Origin: an uncultured Rivularia sp.
GTDB lineage: Bacteria > Cyanobacteriota > Cyanobacteriia > Cyanobacteriales > Nostocaceae
DNA: 64,000 bases
Reading direction: 5' to 3'
Assembly: GCA_963665115.1 (NCBI GenBank)
Contig: OY762007.1
Location: forward strand, 8,629,926-8,693,925
Shown piece by piece: positions 9,198-20,137 of this stretch. A program made the translations under genes and the position numbers. Under the pieces are notes generated by a model. It ran no database searches, was not told where the DNA came from, and saw only the letters and a program-made list of their open reading frames with translations. Each line of letters opens with the position of its first letter. The stretch's first letter is position 1.

Positions 9198-11018
9198 ATG
9201 TTTACCATACATCAATTAGTTGAACAACAGGCAAATCTTACACCATCTGCTATTGCTTTAGTTGGCGAAGATAAACAGCTAACCTATCACCAACTTAATA
9301 GTAAAGCAAACCAACTCGCTAACCATTTACGTTCATTGGGAGTTAAAAAAGAAACTCTAGTAGGAATTTACGTTGAGCGTAGCTTAGAAACAGTGGTCGG
9401 AATGTTAGGAGTGCTTAAAGCAGGAGGTGCTTACGTCACAATAGATAATTCATATCCGCCTGAATATTTGCAATACGTACTTTTAGATACGAAGTTATCT
9501 GTATTGCTAACTCAAGACAAACTTGTAGAATCAATTCCAGACCATGAAGGACATATCATTCGCTTGGATAAAGATTGGCAAGAAATAGCAAAACAATCTG
9601 AAACGACTCCTGCAAATATCGTAGAACCAAACAATCTGGCTTATATTACCTATACTTCTGGTACAACTGGCGGACCTAAAGGGGTAATGCTTACTCATCA
9701 AGGCGTATGCCAATGCTGGCGTTGGTTTCAAGATAGTTTCCCTTTAAACCAGAACGATAAGGTTATGCTAAAAACTGGTCTTGGCATTGACATTTCTAGC
9801 AGATGGGAGTCTTTTTGGCCGCTAATGAGTGGGGCTTGCGTCGTTGTAGCTAAACCCGACGGTCATAAAGACAACGCTTACTTGGTTGAGTTAATAAAAC
9901 GAGAGCAAATTACCATGCTCTATTTCATTCCAACCATACTGCGGCTATTTTTGGATGAACCAGGGGTAGAGACTTGCACCAGTCTTAAAAGAGTATTTTG
10001 TGGTGGCGGAGCTTTACATTTTACGCTAAAAGAAAACTTTTTCGGACGCTTGAGCAACTGCGAATTAATCGAAGTATATGGCTCTTCTGAAAGTATTTTA
10101 GCGAGTTACTGGCATTGCAAACCCGGAGGCAACTTAGAAGATGATTCTCTGACTCGTGCGATTCCTGGTGTATCGATGTATATTTTAAACGAGCAATTGG
10201 AATGGGTAAAACCAGGAGAAACAGGCGAAATCTACATAGGGAGCGAGTTTGTTGGTAGAGGATATCTTAATCGCCCTCAACTAAATGCAGAACGTTTTAT
10301 CTCCAATCCCTTTGTTAACGATACTTACCCACAACTTTATCGAAGCAAAGACCTAGCTCGTTTGCTTCCTAACGGAATTTTTAAGCTGATCGGACGTTTG
10401 GATAGGATGGTGAAAGTAAGCGGCTATAGCATTGAAGTAGAGGAGGTAGAGGCTAAACTAAACGAACACCCGAAAGTGAAACAAGCAGCGATCGCCGTTT
10501 CTAAAGATATATCTGGCGATAACAACTTACTTGCCTACGTTGTATCTGAAGAACTTCAGCAGGAATCAGCAGTACAAATGGCTGCTCAATTGCGGAATTT
10601 TCTCCATACTAAACTACCCGAATACATGATTCCCTCATCGTTTATTTGTTTAGAGCAATTTCCGTTACTACCGAATGGTAAAATTGATGCAGAATCATTA
10701 CCAAAACCCGACGTACTTCGACCAGCTTTGGCGCAAGAATTTGTTGCCCCTCGCAATTCTATTGAAGAAGAATTGGCTAAATTATGGGTTAAAGTTTTGA
10801 AAGTTGAGCCAATCGGTGTATACGATAATTTTTACGAGCTTGGAGGTCAGTCCTTACGAGGAATGCGTTTACTTGCCCGAGTTCGGAATTTCTTTAAAGT
10901 TGATTTTCCAATCTGCAAATTTTTAGAAGAGCCAACAGTAGCGGGGATGGCTAAGACAATTGAAAGTAGCTTGAACTCAGATCGAATCAAAATTGAGTGC
11001 AGCGCTGCGAAAAACTAG
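9198..11018 (+). CDS. Stand-alone NRPS adenylation-thiolation (A-PCP) didomain
   Basis: LAYITYTSGTTGGPKG (A3), YGSSE (A5), GRLDRMVKVSG (A8), PNGKID (A10) and PCP motif FYELGGQSL. No C or TE domain. Confidence 0.92.
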   Translation: MFTIHQLVEQQANLTPSAIALVGEDKQLTYHQLNSKANQLANHLRSLGVKKETLVGIYVERSLETVVGMLGVLKAGGAYVTIDNSYPPEYLQYVLLDTKLSVLLTQDKLVESIPDHEGHIIRLDKDWQEIAKQSETTPANIVEPNNLAYITYTSGTTGGPKGVMLTHQGVCQCWRWFQDSFPLNQNDKVMLKTGLGIDISSRWESFWPLMSGACVVVAKPDGHKDNAYLVELIKREQITMLYFIPTILRLFLDEPGVETCTSLKRVFCGGGALHFTLKENFFGRLSNCELIEVYGSSESILASYWHCKPGGNLEDDSLTRAIPGVSMYILNEQLEWVKPGETGEIYIGSEFVGRGYLNRPQLNAERFISNPFVNDTYPQLYRSKDLARLLPNGIFKLIGRLDRMVKVSGYSIEVEEVEAKLNEHPKVKQAAIAVSKDISGDNNLLAYVVSEELQQESAVQMAAQLRNFLHTKLPEYMIPSSFICLEQFPLLPNGKIDAESLPKPDVLRPALAQEFVAPRNSIEEELAKLWVKVLKVEPIGVYDNFYELGGQSLRGMRLLARVRNFFKVDFPICKFLEEPTVAGMAKTIESSLNSDRIKIECSAAKN

Positions 11019-11075
11019 GTGATAGAAAAGCGATTACTAATCTTTGAATAACAATAACATAGAGGAAATTGAATT

Positions 11076-11714
11076 ATGGTTTTACGCATAGGAGATAAAG
11101 TTCCTAATTTCACTCAAGCTTCTACTCAAGGAGAAATTAATTTTTATGAATGGGTAGGAGACAACTGGGTCATACTTTTCTCTCATCCAGCAGACTTTAC
11201 CCCAGTTTGTACTACTGAATTAGGTTGGGTTGCCAAATTAAAACCCGAATTTGAACGTAGAGGAGTAAAGACATTAGGTCTTTCCATTGATGAATTAGAC
11301 GACCACGAATTATGGATTGAAGATATCAACGAAACCCAGAAGACTACAATCAATTATCCCATTTTGGCAGATAGCGACCGCTCTGTTGCTACTCTATACG
11401 ACATGATTCATCCTAATGCCGATACTACTCTGACCGTCCGTTCCGTATTCATAATAGATCCGCAAAAAAAACTTCGACTCACCTTGACTTACCCTGCAAG
11501 TACAGGACGTAGTTTTGAAGAAATACTTCGCACAATTGACTCATTGCAACTGTATGACCGTCATCAAGTTGCTACTCCAGTAGAATGGAAAGATGGTGGT
11601 GACTGTATCATTGCTAACTGGGGTAAAGATGCTGAAGAATTGAAAAAAGACTTTCCCAAAGGATATCAACAAGTCAAGAGTTATTTCCTCCTCACCCCTC
11701 AACCAGATAAGTAG
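11076..11714 (+). CDS. 1-Cys peroxiredoxin (Prx6 type)
   Basis: FSHPADFTPVCTTELG, YPASTGR, VATPVEWK. Confidence 0.93.
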   Translation: MVLRIGDKVPNFTQASTQGEINFYEWVGDNWVILFSHPADFTPVCTTELGWVAKLKPEFERRGVKTLGLSIDELDDHELWIEDINETQKTTINYPILADSDRSVATLYDMIHPNADTTLTVRSVFIIDPQKKLRLTLTYPASTGRSFEEILRTIDSLQLYDRHQVATPVEWKDGGDCIIANWGKDAEELKKDFPKGYQQVKSYFLLTPQPDK

Positions 11715-11747
11715 CAATTGTTAGTTAGAACTTTGCTACGTTGATGG

Positions 11748-11840
11748 CAATACTGCTCGGTTAAGGAAATTAGGCAGGGCTGAAACCATTGGTTTTTCGT
11801 TGTTTATGGTGTTTAAAAAGTGCTTAACCGAGTAGTATTG
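11748..11840. mobile_element. 93-bp MITE with 18-bp TIRs and a target-site duplication
   Basis: caatactgctcggttaag ... cttaaccgagtagtattg, flanked by acgttgatgg / acgttgatgc. Confidence 0.8.
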
Positions 11841-11869
11841 ACGTTGATGCGATATTGATATGTCTAAAT

Positions 11870-11922
11870 AAGAAGCCAAGTCTTTGCAAGGTAAAAGAAA
11901 ATAGTGGTGAACTTGGCTTCTT
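11870..11922. terminator. Inverted repeat between convergent genes, possible terminator
   Basis: aagaagccaagt ... acttggcttctt arms; the loop is long. Confidence 0.4.
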
Positions 11923-12088
11923 GAGGCAGATTTTTGTCAAAATTACCACCTAACTCCAAAAATTAAAAAATTACATTTTGGAATTGTTGAAAAATTCAGC
12001 AAGTAAATATAAGCTGCAATCTGCTGTAAGTAAGTTCGCAGCTTATGATTGATTAGTCCTATTAGATACAAGAGCAGCACCCCCGTGT

Positions 12089-12160
12089 TGGGATATTTTT
12101 ATGTCTCTTGTTGACACCACTCGCAAGTTGGGTATCAGTTTTTTTGAATATATCCGCAGT
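12089..12160 (+). mobile_element. Very short IS66-like transposase remnant
   Basis: Translates WDIFMSLVDTTRKLGISFFEYIR; the same WDIFMSLVDT peptide occurs in the relic at ~49520. Confidence 0.6.
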
Positions 12161-12214
12161 TTATTTATATTATAGTTACGTCTGATGATAACAGTGAATC
12201 TGCTTGAACCTGAT

Positions 12215-15200
12215 TCATCTTTGACAACTAAGAGAAATAGTCCGACTTTGGTTATTATCAGCAACAAATTCAATATCACCATCTTGATTTACAATCCATC
12301 CGGTAGCTTCTTTGATTTTAGAGGGGGAAGAGGAGCCACTGCGTTGCTCCCGTTCCCTCCGTTGTAGCAAGTGGCGTGGGGAGGAGGGGGGAGAGGAGGT
12401 AGAAGTTGTATTTCTTAAGTCTTGTAGAACAATTTCGTTTTGTAATACTTGTCTGGAATTTTGAGGAATTCCACCTCTTCCGGATGTCACAAAACGAGCT
12501 TCTTCGTCAGTGGGGCAACCTGCGGTAATTCTATCGGAAGTATCGGTTAAGTTTTCTGGAAGTTCGATTAAACCGGATGTGATATCTAATTCTTGCAGAT
12601 TTAAATCGAAATCACCATCAATTCCAAATTCGGAACTTGCTGTAATATCGCTTTGGGGAGTTGTTTGTTCTCGAAATGTGATTCCAAATATTCCGGGTGT
12701 TGTGATATCAATATTTCCACCATTACCTTGAAATGCATTAGCGTTAATATCGCTGTTTTCTTGAGGTACAGCAACAACTAAACCGCCATTTATTGTAATA
12801 TTACCACCGTTACCACCACCGCTAATTTCGGTTCCGGCTTGAGTCGATATTGTACTGTTATTGCGTAATAAAAGTAAATCTGCAATCGTTAGATTAATAT
12901 TCCCACCAACACCTACAACACTTTGAGCAGTAATTGAACTATTATCTAAGAATAAACTTAAAGCTTCAATACCAATATCCCCAGCATTTCCCACACCTTC
13001 ACCACTTACAGAAACTGCTGCGCGATCGACAATATTAAAATCTCCAGTTTTAACTGTAATATCTCCCCCGTCTCCCGAAGCGTTTTCAAATGAAGTTGCA
13101 AATAATCCAGATGTAATACCAAGTTCTGAAGGATCGATTAAATCAATTGAATCCGATACATTTACATTTAAATTTCCAGCTTTCCCTGCATCAAAGGTGG
13201 TAGTTAAAACTTGTGCGCCTCCTTTGGCAATTAATTGACGCGCTGTTAAAGTAATATTACCAGAAGGTTGTTGGGTAAAAGTTCCGGTACCTAATAAAGA
13301 ATTATCAATTTCTAAAATATCGGAAGCATTAACGGTGATATTTCCTCCTGCTCCCTGATTCAAAGTAGTTGTAGCAATCAAACCACCATTTGAAGCTTTG
13401 AAGTTGGGAGTATTGATTAAAATATTTCCTGAATCACCAACTCCATCGGAAGCGGTAACGATACCATTATCAAAATTATCAAGCGTTAAACTATTTTCAT
13501 TTCCATCAAAAGCTGGAGTAATAATATTTTGTTGTAATTTTTCAAATCCCCCACCAATAACTTCTACAGATTCGGAAGCATTGATATTAATATTTCCTCC
13601 TTTTTGAGGAGTTGTTGTAGAAGCATTAATTCTACCGTTTTTTAATTGCAGAGTGTGGGTATTAATATCAATCAAACCTCCAACACCATTATTAATAGTA
13701 GCGGTAGAAATTTCTCCCCCCGAATTGATAGAAATGTTATCGCTATTAATTTTGATAATTCCTGCATTACCAGTTCTAAAAGAAGTAGCGCTAATACCAT
13801 TTAAAGAAATATTATTGCCGTTAAAAGGTACATTTTCGGCTCCACCACCAATAATATCGATGGAATTAGCTTTAATATTCAATATTCCTCCATTTCCTTG
13901 ACCAATGCTATTTGTAGTTACAGAGGAATTTTCACCCACACTTAATTCTTTTACTGACATTGTAAAGTTACCAGCATCTCCCTTACCAAAAGTAGTTGTA
14001 GCCAAAAGTCCACCATCTCTGACACTAATGCTCCCGCCTTCTAAATTTAAATTTCCTGCATTCCCATCGAAAGTTGCCGTACTAATATTAGCTTTACCAC
14101 GAACAAATATTTCTCGGGCATTAACGGTTATATCTCCTCCCTTACCAGCCAAAGGTAAAGTTGTAATTACCGCTCCATCTTTTACAACCAAACTTCCTGT
14201 ATTAATAGTTAAATCTCCAGATTTTCCCAGTGGTGCTGAGCGAGGATTGATAGTTGCACCGCTTGTAAAGATAAAGTCTCCCAGACTACTAGGCACAAAA
14301 GCTTCTGGGCGATCGCCAATTACTTCTACAAATTCTGTTGCATTAATAGTTAAATTTCCACCACCATTAAGATTATTACCAGCAGTAGTAACTATACCCG
14401 AGTAATTGCGGAAAACTTCTGGAAGTTCTGCATCTTTAATAACTCTTACTCCCAAAGCATTTATGGTTAAATCTCCTGCATTTGCATTACCAAAAATTCC
14501 CGTGAAATTAACCTCACCATCGCGAAGTGCTATATCAGAATCAGCATTATCTGTTCTAGCATGAATTTCGCCGTTGCGGACTATTACATTATCTTTCGCT
14601 TGTACTAGAATATCTCCCCCTGTAGCATTTTGCACCGTCCCTACTTCAGCAATCGATTCATCTCTAGTTAAAGTAATTATTGAAGAATTTTCAATTAAAA
14701 CAGATTTACCAGTTAAATTAATACCTTTTGCTTCCCCATCCCCATTAATTCGATTGAGTATTCTCACATCATCAGCAAGCAAAGTTTCACCACTAGTGAG
14801 AGTTAATTCTCCCGGTTTCATAGCCACGGAAACTGACATCACCTAACAGAGTAACTTCCCCCGGTGCTTCTAAAGTTAAATTACCCGCAGCATCAAAGGT
14901 AATATCTCCTCCTTGATTTAAAGCGTTAGCTAAAACAAAGTTTGTCGAAACGATATTTCCATTACTGCTATTAATATTAATATCCCCAGCTTTATCGCTA
15001 CCTGGCTGAGTGGGAATTGGAACAAAATCACCTACGACTAAAGCTAAATTGGCATCATTTAAAAAACCACTGACTGTAAATCCTGTGGTAACATCACCAA
15101 TGGCAGAAAGATTAATATTTCCTCCATTACCGTTGGGATTTCCGGTTATAATTGCTCCGAAAGCTGTATTTATTTGACTTGTATTTCCAAAGCTTCCCGA

Positions 15201-16232
15201 AACAACGTCAACATCTCCACCATTAGTAATTATCGAAGATTGGGGATTCATCCTAAATTCAGCAATTCCCGTATCTCTTTCAGCAGGTAAAGCATTTTCA
15301 TCATTAATCTTAGCCTTGAAACTACCGCCAGTTAAGAATATATTTCGATTTTCGCCAATAGTGAGCGATCGCCCTGCTTCCAATGTTAAATTATTTGCTG
15401 CAATTCCGGTAATATCGTCATCAACGGTAATATCGTTATTAGCTTGCAAAATCACATTATTTACAGCCAAAGTTTGACTTATATCATCACCGCTTAAATT
15501 CCCACCTTCTTCAATTAAAATATTTTTCGGATCGATTAACAAAGTTCCAACTTCACCATTCAAACCACGAGTATCAACATTCCCCGTTAAATTAATATCA
15601 TCTCCCGAAAGTTCAACTTTACCACCAGGAGCAATCAAGCTACCTTGATGATTAACCTTTCCACCTAAAAGCGTTAACTTCTGGTTTTCACCTACTTTCA
15701 AAATCCCTCGATTCTCAATCTCGCTTTCGGGATTAATTTTTCCATATTGCAAACCGGGAGTCAGATTTATCTTTAATAAAGGTGTTTGATTCGGATTTGC
15801 AGCGCTAAATTCATAATTATCAATAAAAATACTTTCTGCGGTAGTTGCGCTAAATGAACCGGATATATCCAAAAAAGCATCTTTACCAAAAATAATTCCC
15901 TTGGGATTAACTAAAAATAGATTTGCATTTCCGTTAACTCCCAAAGTACCGAAAATCTTTGATGCATTGCTTCCCGTCACCCTTGTGAGAATATTTGTAA
16001 TATTGTCGGGGTTGCTGAAATAAACTTTTTGATTCGAGTTGACGTTAAATTCCTTGAAACTGTGAAAAAGATTATTATTGCGAATTGCACCTCCTTCAAT
16101 TAAATCTCTATCCACAGAAGGATTTACTGTAGAACTTTCCTTACCCAAACTATCGTCGGGAACTAACTGAGCCTTTACAGAAAACATCGGGAAAGTAAAT
16201 AGGAGAAGAATCAAAGAAATGCATATTCTCAT
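12215..16232 (-). CDS. Filamentous haemagglutinin/TpsA-like exoprotein 1, split by a frameshift at ~14800-14840
   Basis: Signal peptide, TPS domain (NLFHSFKEFNV, NANLFLVNPKGIIFG), beta-helix GxxGxI repeats and C-terminal ENSDINANA..SDITASS..FVTSGRGGIP..EATGW. ORFs 14793-16232 and 12215-14842 are the two halves. Confidence 0.88.
12333..12377. repeat. 45-bp small dispersed repeat inserted in frame in the exoprotein C-terminus
   Basis: gcgttgctcccgttccctccgttgtagc resembles gcgttgcggaggttccctccgttgtagc at ~21390 and the inverted copy at ~46825. It adds RHLLQRREREQRSGS, which the paralogs lack. Confidence 0.7.
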
Positions 16233-16335
16233 ATGAAAATTTTTATGCTCTTGATGAAATTAGTCAAGTTGTTATACCTCAATATCACTTTTATGACTTT
16301 AGTTCAACTGAAAAGTTAGTTTGATAACAAATGTT

Positions 16336-16362
16336 AAAAGTAAGAAAAGTAAGAAAAGTATG
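16336..16362 (+). promoter_or_regulatory. Triple 9-bp direct-repeat site
   Basis: aaaagtaag aaaagtaag aaaagtatg in the divergent intergenic region. Confidence 0.65.
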
Positions 16363-16546
16363 TTTAATAAGAATAGAGCCGTAATTTATCGAAAATAATT
16401 AAAAGTAGAAGTAGAAATTTTAGAAAAAACCCGTATTTCTAAACCAGGAGTATATAATCTTGCGAAAACTATGAAGTACTATCCAGATAGCATTACGCAT
16501 CCCCACTAAAGTATGAAAATAAACTTTGAAAATATTTTCTTCATCC

Positions 16547-16582
16547 AAAAGTCATAAAAGTGAGACAAGTAAGAAATAACTA
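16547..16582 (+). promoter_or_regulatory. Degenerate phased 9-bp repeat site; 16 bp of it form an exact inverted pair with 16285-16300
   Basis: aaaagtcat aaaagtgag acaagtaag aaataacta; tcacttttatgacttt at 16285. Confidence 0.5.
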
Positions 16583-17065
16583 TAACTCTTATACATCAAC
16601 TTTTCCGACATTATTTTTCAGGTATTCTTCATCAAATCTTTATGGTTATGGTCTGTATTTTTGCGTATATTATGAATGTATAAATAACATGAAATTGAGT
16701 TAGTATTTGACAGCAGTAAGCAGCATAATATTTGCTGTTTATTTGGATTATTATGAAAAATATTTACTATCAGGCATTCTCGACAAGAGATTTGGTAATA
16801 GTAAAAAATCATCATTTAAAATCTTAAACTCAATGTTAAAGGCGTTGTTAATGATTTTATTCTGAAAACAATTTAATTCAAATAGCTGTACAAATAATTC
16901 TTTTCTTGATTATTCATATTGCTGCTATAACCAATCTAAGAAAAAGTTTGTCTTTGATTTGAATGCAGCAGAATACTTAATTTTTGGTTGGCTAAATATT
17001 GATTTTAGGCTGCTGCTAAAACAGCGGTGCGGCTTTTTCATGGGTAATTAATAGTAACTAAAAAA

Positions 17066-19977
17066 ATGTCGCAAGATTCAAGTTTGCCTGTAGTTAATTT
17101 TAGCGTTGATAAAACCACGATCGTTGAAGGTGGAGAAGCACAGATTCTCACTTTCAACCTCAGCGAGCCAGCACCGAGTGGTGGTTTGGTTGTGAATATC
17201 CGAGTTGACGATCCAGATGGAGATCCGGGAGCAGGAGATACAACTTTTCCACCGGAATTTATCAGTAATATCACAGATTTTGGACAGGTTGAAGAAAACG
17301 GGATTACTACCGCTAGTGTGACAATTGCCGAAGGAAGCTCAGAAGCGACTTTTGGAATTGTAGCTTTTGAAGATGATTTGGTTGAAGTCGGGGAAACTTA
17401 TTCGTTTACTCTGCTCGAAGACGAGAATTACATAGTCGATTCAGCTTCTACTACGATTACTACTAGCATTGAGGACTTTATGAAACCTACAGTAAGCATC
17501 ACTCCAGAAACAATAAGTTCCACAGAAGGAAATACATTCGCTTGGAAATTCACATTAGATAAACCAGTCCCCCGTCGGGTGGATTAACTCTCTCATTACC
17601 AATTACTCAGAATAACGATCCAGCACCAGGGGATGTAAATTATTTTGTCGATGGTAGTACTGGTATTACCGATTTTAGTTTCCTTGTTGGAGATGACGTA
17701 TCTCTAGGATTTACCGTTACTTTAGCTGAAGGTGTAACAGAAGCAATATTAGTTTCAGAAGCTGTTGCTGATGGTGTTGCAGAAAGCGACGAAATTTTCA
17801 CCACTGTTTTAGCTGACGGGAAAGATTACACTGCAAATCCTGACAGCAATCAAGTTACTACCGTCATCAGCGATGAAACTATAGTTACTTTCACCCCCGA
17901 ACAAGTTAGCGTTGCAGAAGGAAATACCTTTGCTTGGAATTTCAGTTTAAATAAACCCGCTCCTGCTGGTGGATTAACTCTGAATTTACCAATTACTCAA
18001 AATAACGATCCAGCAGCCGGAGATGTTGACTATAACGTAGATGGTAGTAGTAATATTTCCGATTTTGGTTTCTTGACTCAAGATGATGTATCCCTTGGTT
18101 TTAGCATTACTATTGCTGAAGGTGAAACCGAAGCGAAGTTAGTTTCCCAAGCTGTTACTGATGGTATTGCAGAAGGTGACGAAATTTTCACCACTGTTTT
18201 AGCTGATGGGGAGAATTACAGAGCTAATCCTTTAAATAGTGAAGTTGTAACAACTATTAGTGATACCTCAACTGATTTACCAACACTAGCGATTAGTGCA
18301 GAGCCAACAAACGTAAACGAAGGAGAACAACTCAAATTCAATTTTGAGTTAACAGAAGCTGCTCCAAGTGGTGGTTTAACAGTCAATCTCGATTTAGTAG
18401 AAGATACAGATCCATTACCGGGAGATATTACCTACTTTGTTGACGGAAGCGAGAATGTAACCGACTTTGAATTACTAGTTAACGACGACACCGGATTAAT
18501 TGACGGAGCAACCGTAACTATCGCAGAAGGTGCGACAAGTGCAACTTTGTTAAATGATATTATCGCCGATAATAATACCGAAGGATTAGAAAGCGTTAAA
18601 TTTGGTTTAGCGAGTGGTGATTACAGCATTGATTCTCAAGATAATGCTGCTAGTTTTACGATTGTTGATACCTCAACCGATTTACCAACCCTCAGTTTAA
18701 GTGCAGAACCGAATCAAGTAAACGAAGGAGAACAGCTTAAATTCAACTTTGAATTAACAGAAGCTGCTCCAAGTGGTGGTTTAACAGTCAATCTTGATTT
18801 AGTAGAAGATACAGATCCATTACCAGGAGATATCACCTACGAAGTTGAAGGAAGCGAGAATATCACCGGCTTTGAATTATTAGTTGACGAAGACACCGGA
18901 TTAATTGACGGAGCAACCGTAACTATCGCAGAAGGTGCGACAAGTGCAACTTTGTTAAATGATATTATCGCCGATAATAATACCGAAGGATTAGAAAGCG
19001 TTAAATTTGGTTTAGCGAGTGGTGATTACAGCATTGATTCTCAAGATAATGCTGCTAGTTTTACGATTGTTGATACCTCAACCGATTTACCAACCCTCAG
19101 TTTAAGTGCAGAACCGAATCAAGTAAACGAAGGAGAACAGCTTAAATTCAACTTTGAATTAACAGAAGCTGCTCCAAGTGGTGGTTTAACAGTCAATCTT
19201 GATTTAGTAGAAGATACAGATCCATTACCAGGAGATATCACCTACGAAGTTGAAGGAAGCGAGAATATCACCGGCTTTGAATTATTAGTTGACGAAGACA
19301 CCGGATTAATTGACGGAGCAACCGTAACTATCGCAGAAGGTGCGACAAGTGCGACTTTGTTAAATGATATTATCGCCGATAATAATACCGAAGGATTAGA
19401 AAGCGTTAAATTTGGTTTAGCGAATGGTGATTACAGCATTGATTCGGAAGATAACGCTGCTAGCTTTACTATTGTTGATACATCCCTATCTAACGAAATA
19501 TCTGGAACCACAGGAGATGATAATCTCTACGGTACCAATGCATCTGAAATAATTAGCGGTGGTAGAGGTGACGATAATATTTCCGGTAACGGTGGAGGAG
19601 ACACCTTAATTGGTGGTAGAGGTGACGACGATATTTACGGTAGTTTTGAAGCTGATGAAATAAGCGGTGGTAGAGGTGACGACTTTATCTTTGGTAACGG
19701 TGGTAATGATTTAATTGACTCCGGTATGGGATTCGATACCGTATTCCTTGGTGCCCAAGAAGCTACCGTAATCTTAGATAAAGGACAAGGTTTCGATACT
19801 ATTTTCAACTTCCAATTAGGTGCAACTAAGTTTGAAGTAAGTAGTTTGGATAATCTTAGCTTTACTGATGGTGATTCAGGTGCTGAAATCTTCTTAGAAG
19901 GTGACAAACTCGCAGTAGTTGCAGGACAATCTGCAAATACATTTAGCAGCAGTCAAGATATGATTTTTGCGGTGTAA
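17066..19977 (+). CDS. Large acidic secreted protein with Calx-beta/Ig-like repeats and C-terminal RTX (GGxGDD) calcium-binding repeats; +1 frameshift at ~17572
   Basis: The frame of ORF 18073 is open from ~17581 (GLTLSLPITQNNDPAPGDV) and the break is in gtcccccgtc. GGRGDD nonamers lie near the C-terminus; there is no Sec signal. Confidence 0.85.
18262..19476 (+). repeat. Three tandem 405-bp (135-aa) coding repeats
   Basis: gatacctcaa unit starts at 18262, 18667 and 19072; units 2 and 3 are nearly identical. Confidence 0.95.
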
Positions 19978-19992
19978 TTCACGGTAAGGATT

Positions 19993-20027
19993 AAGCAACC
20001 CGGTTTTTTGAAAAAGCCGGGTTTCTT
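19993..20027 (+). terminator. Hairpin after the RTX gene
   Basis: aagcaacccggttttttgaaaaagccgggtttctt. Confidence 0.55.
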
Positions 20028-20137
20028 AATTTTATAGTTGATAAATTGACAATAATTAGGAAAAAGACAATAACTCTAAACAATCAACTACTTTTTTACC
20101 TAGACAACAAAGAATTATCAAATCACAAGTAGACATT

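Noticed and set aside
18262..19476. 405-bp repeats as a CRISPR-like or non-coding array
   Set aside because: They are in-frame protein domain repeats without spacers.
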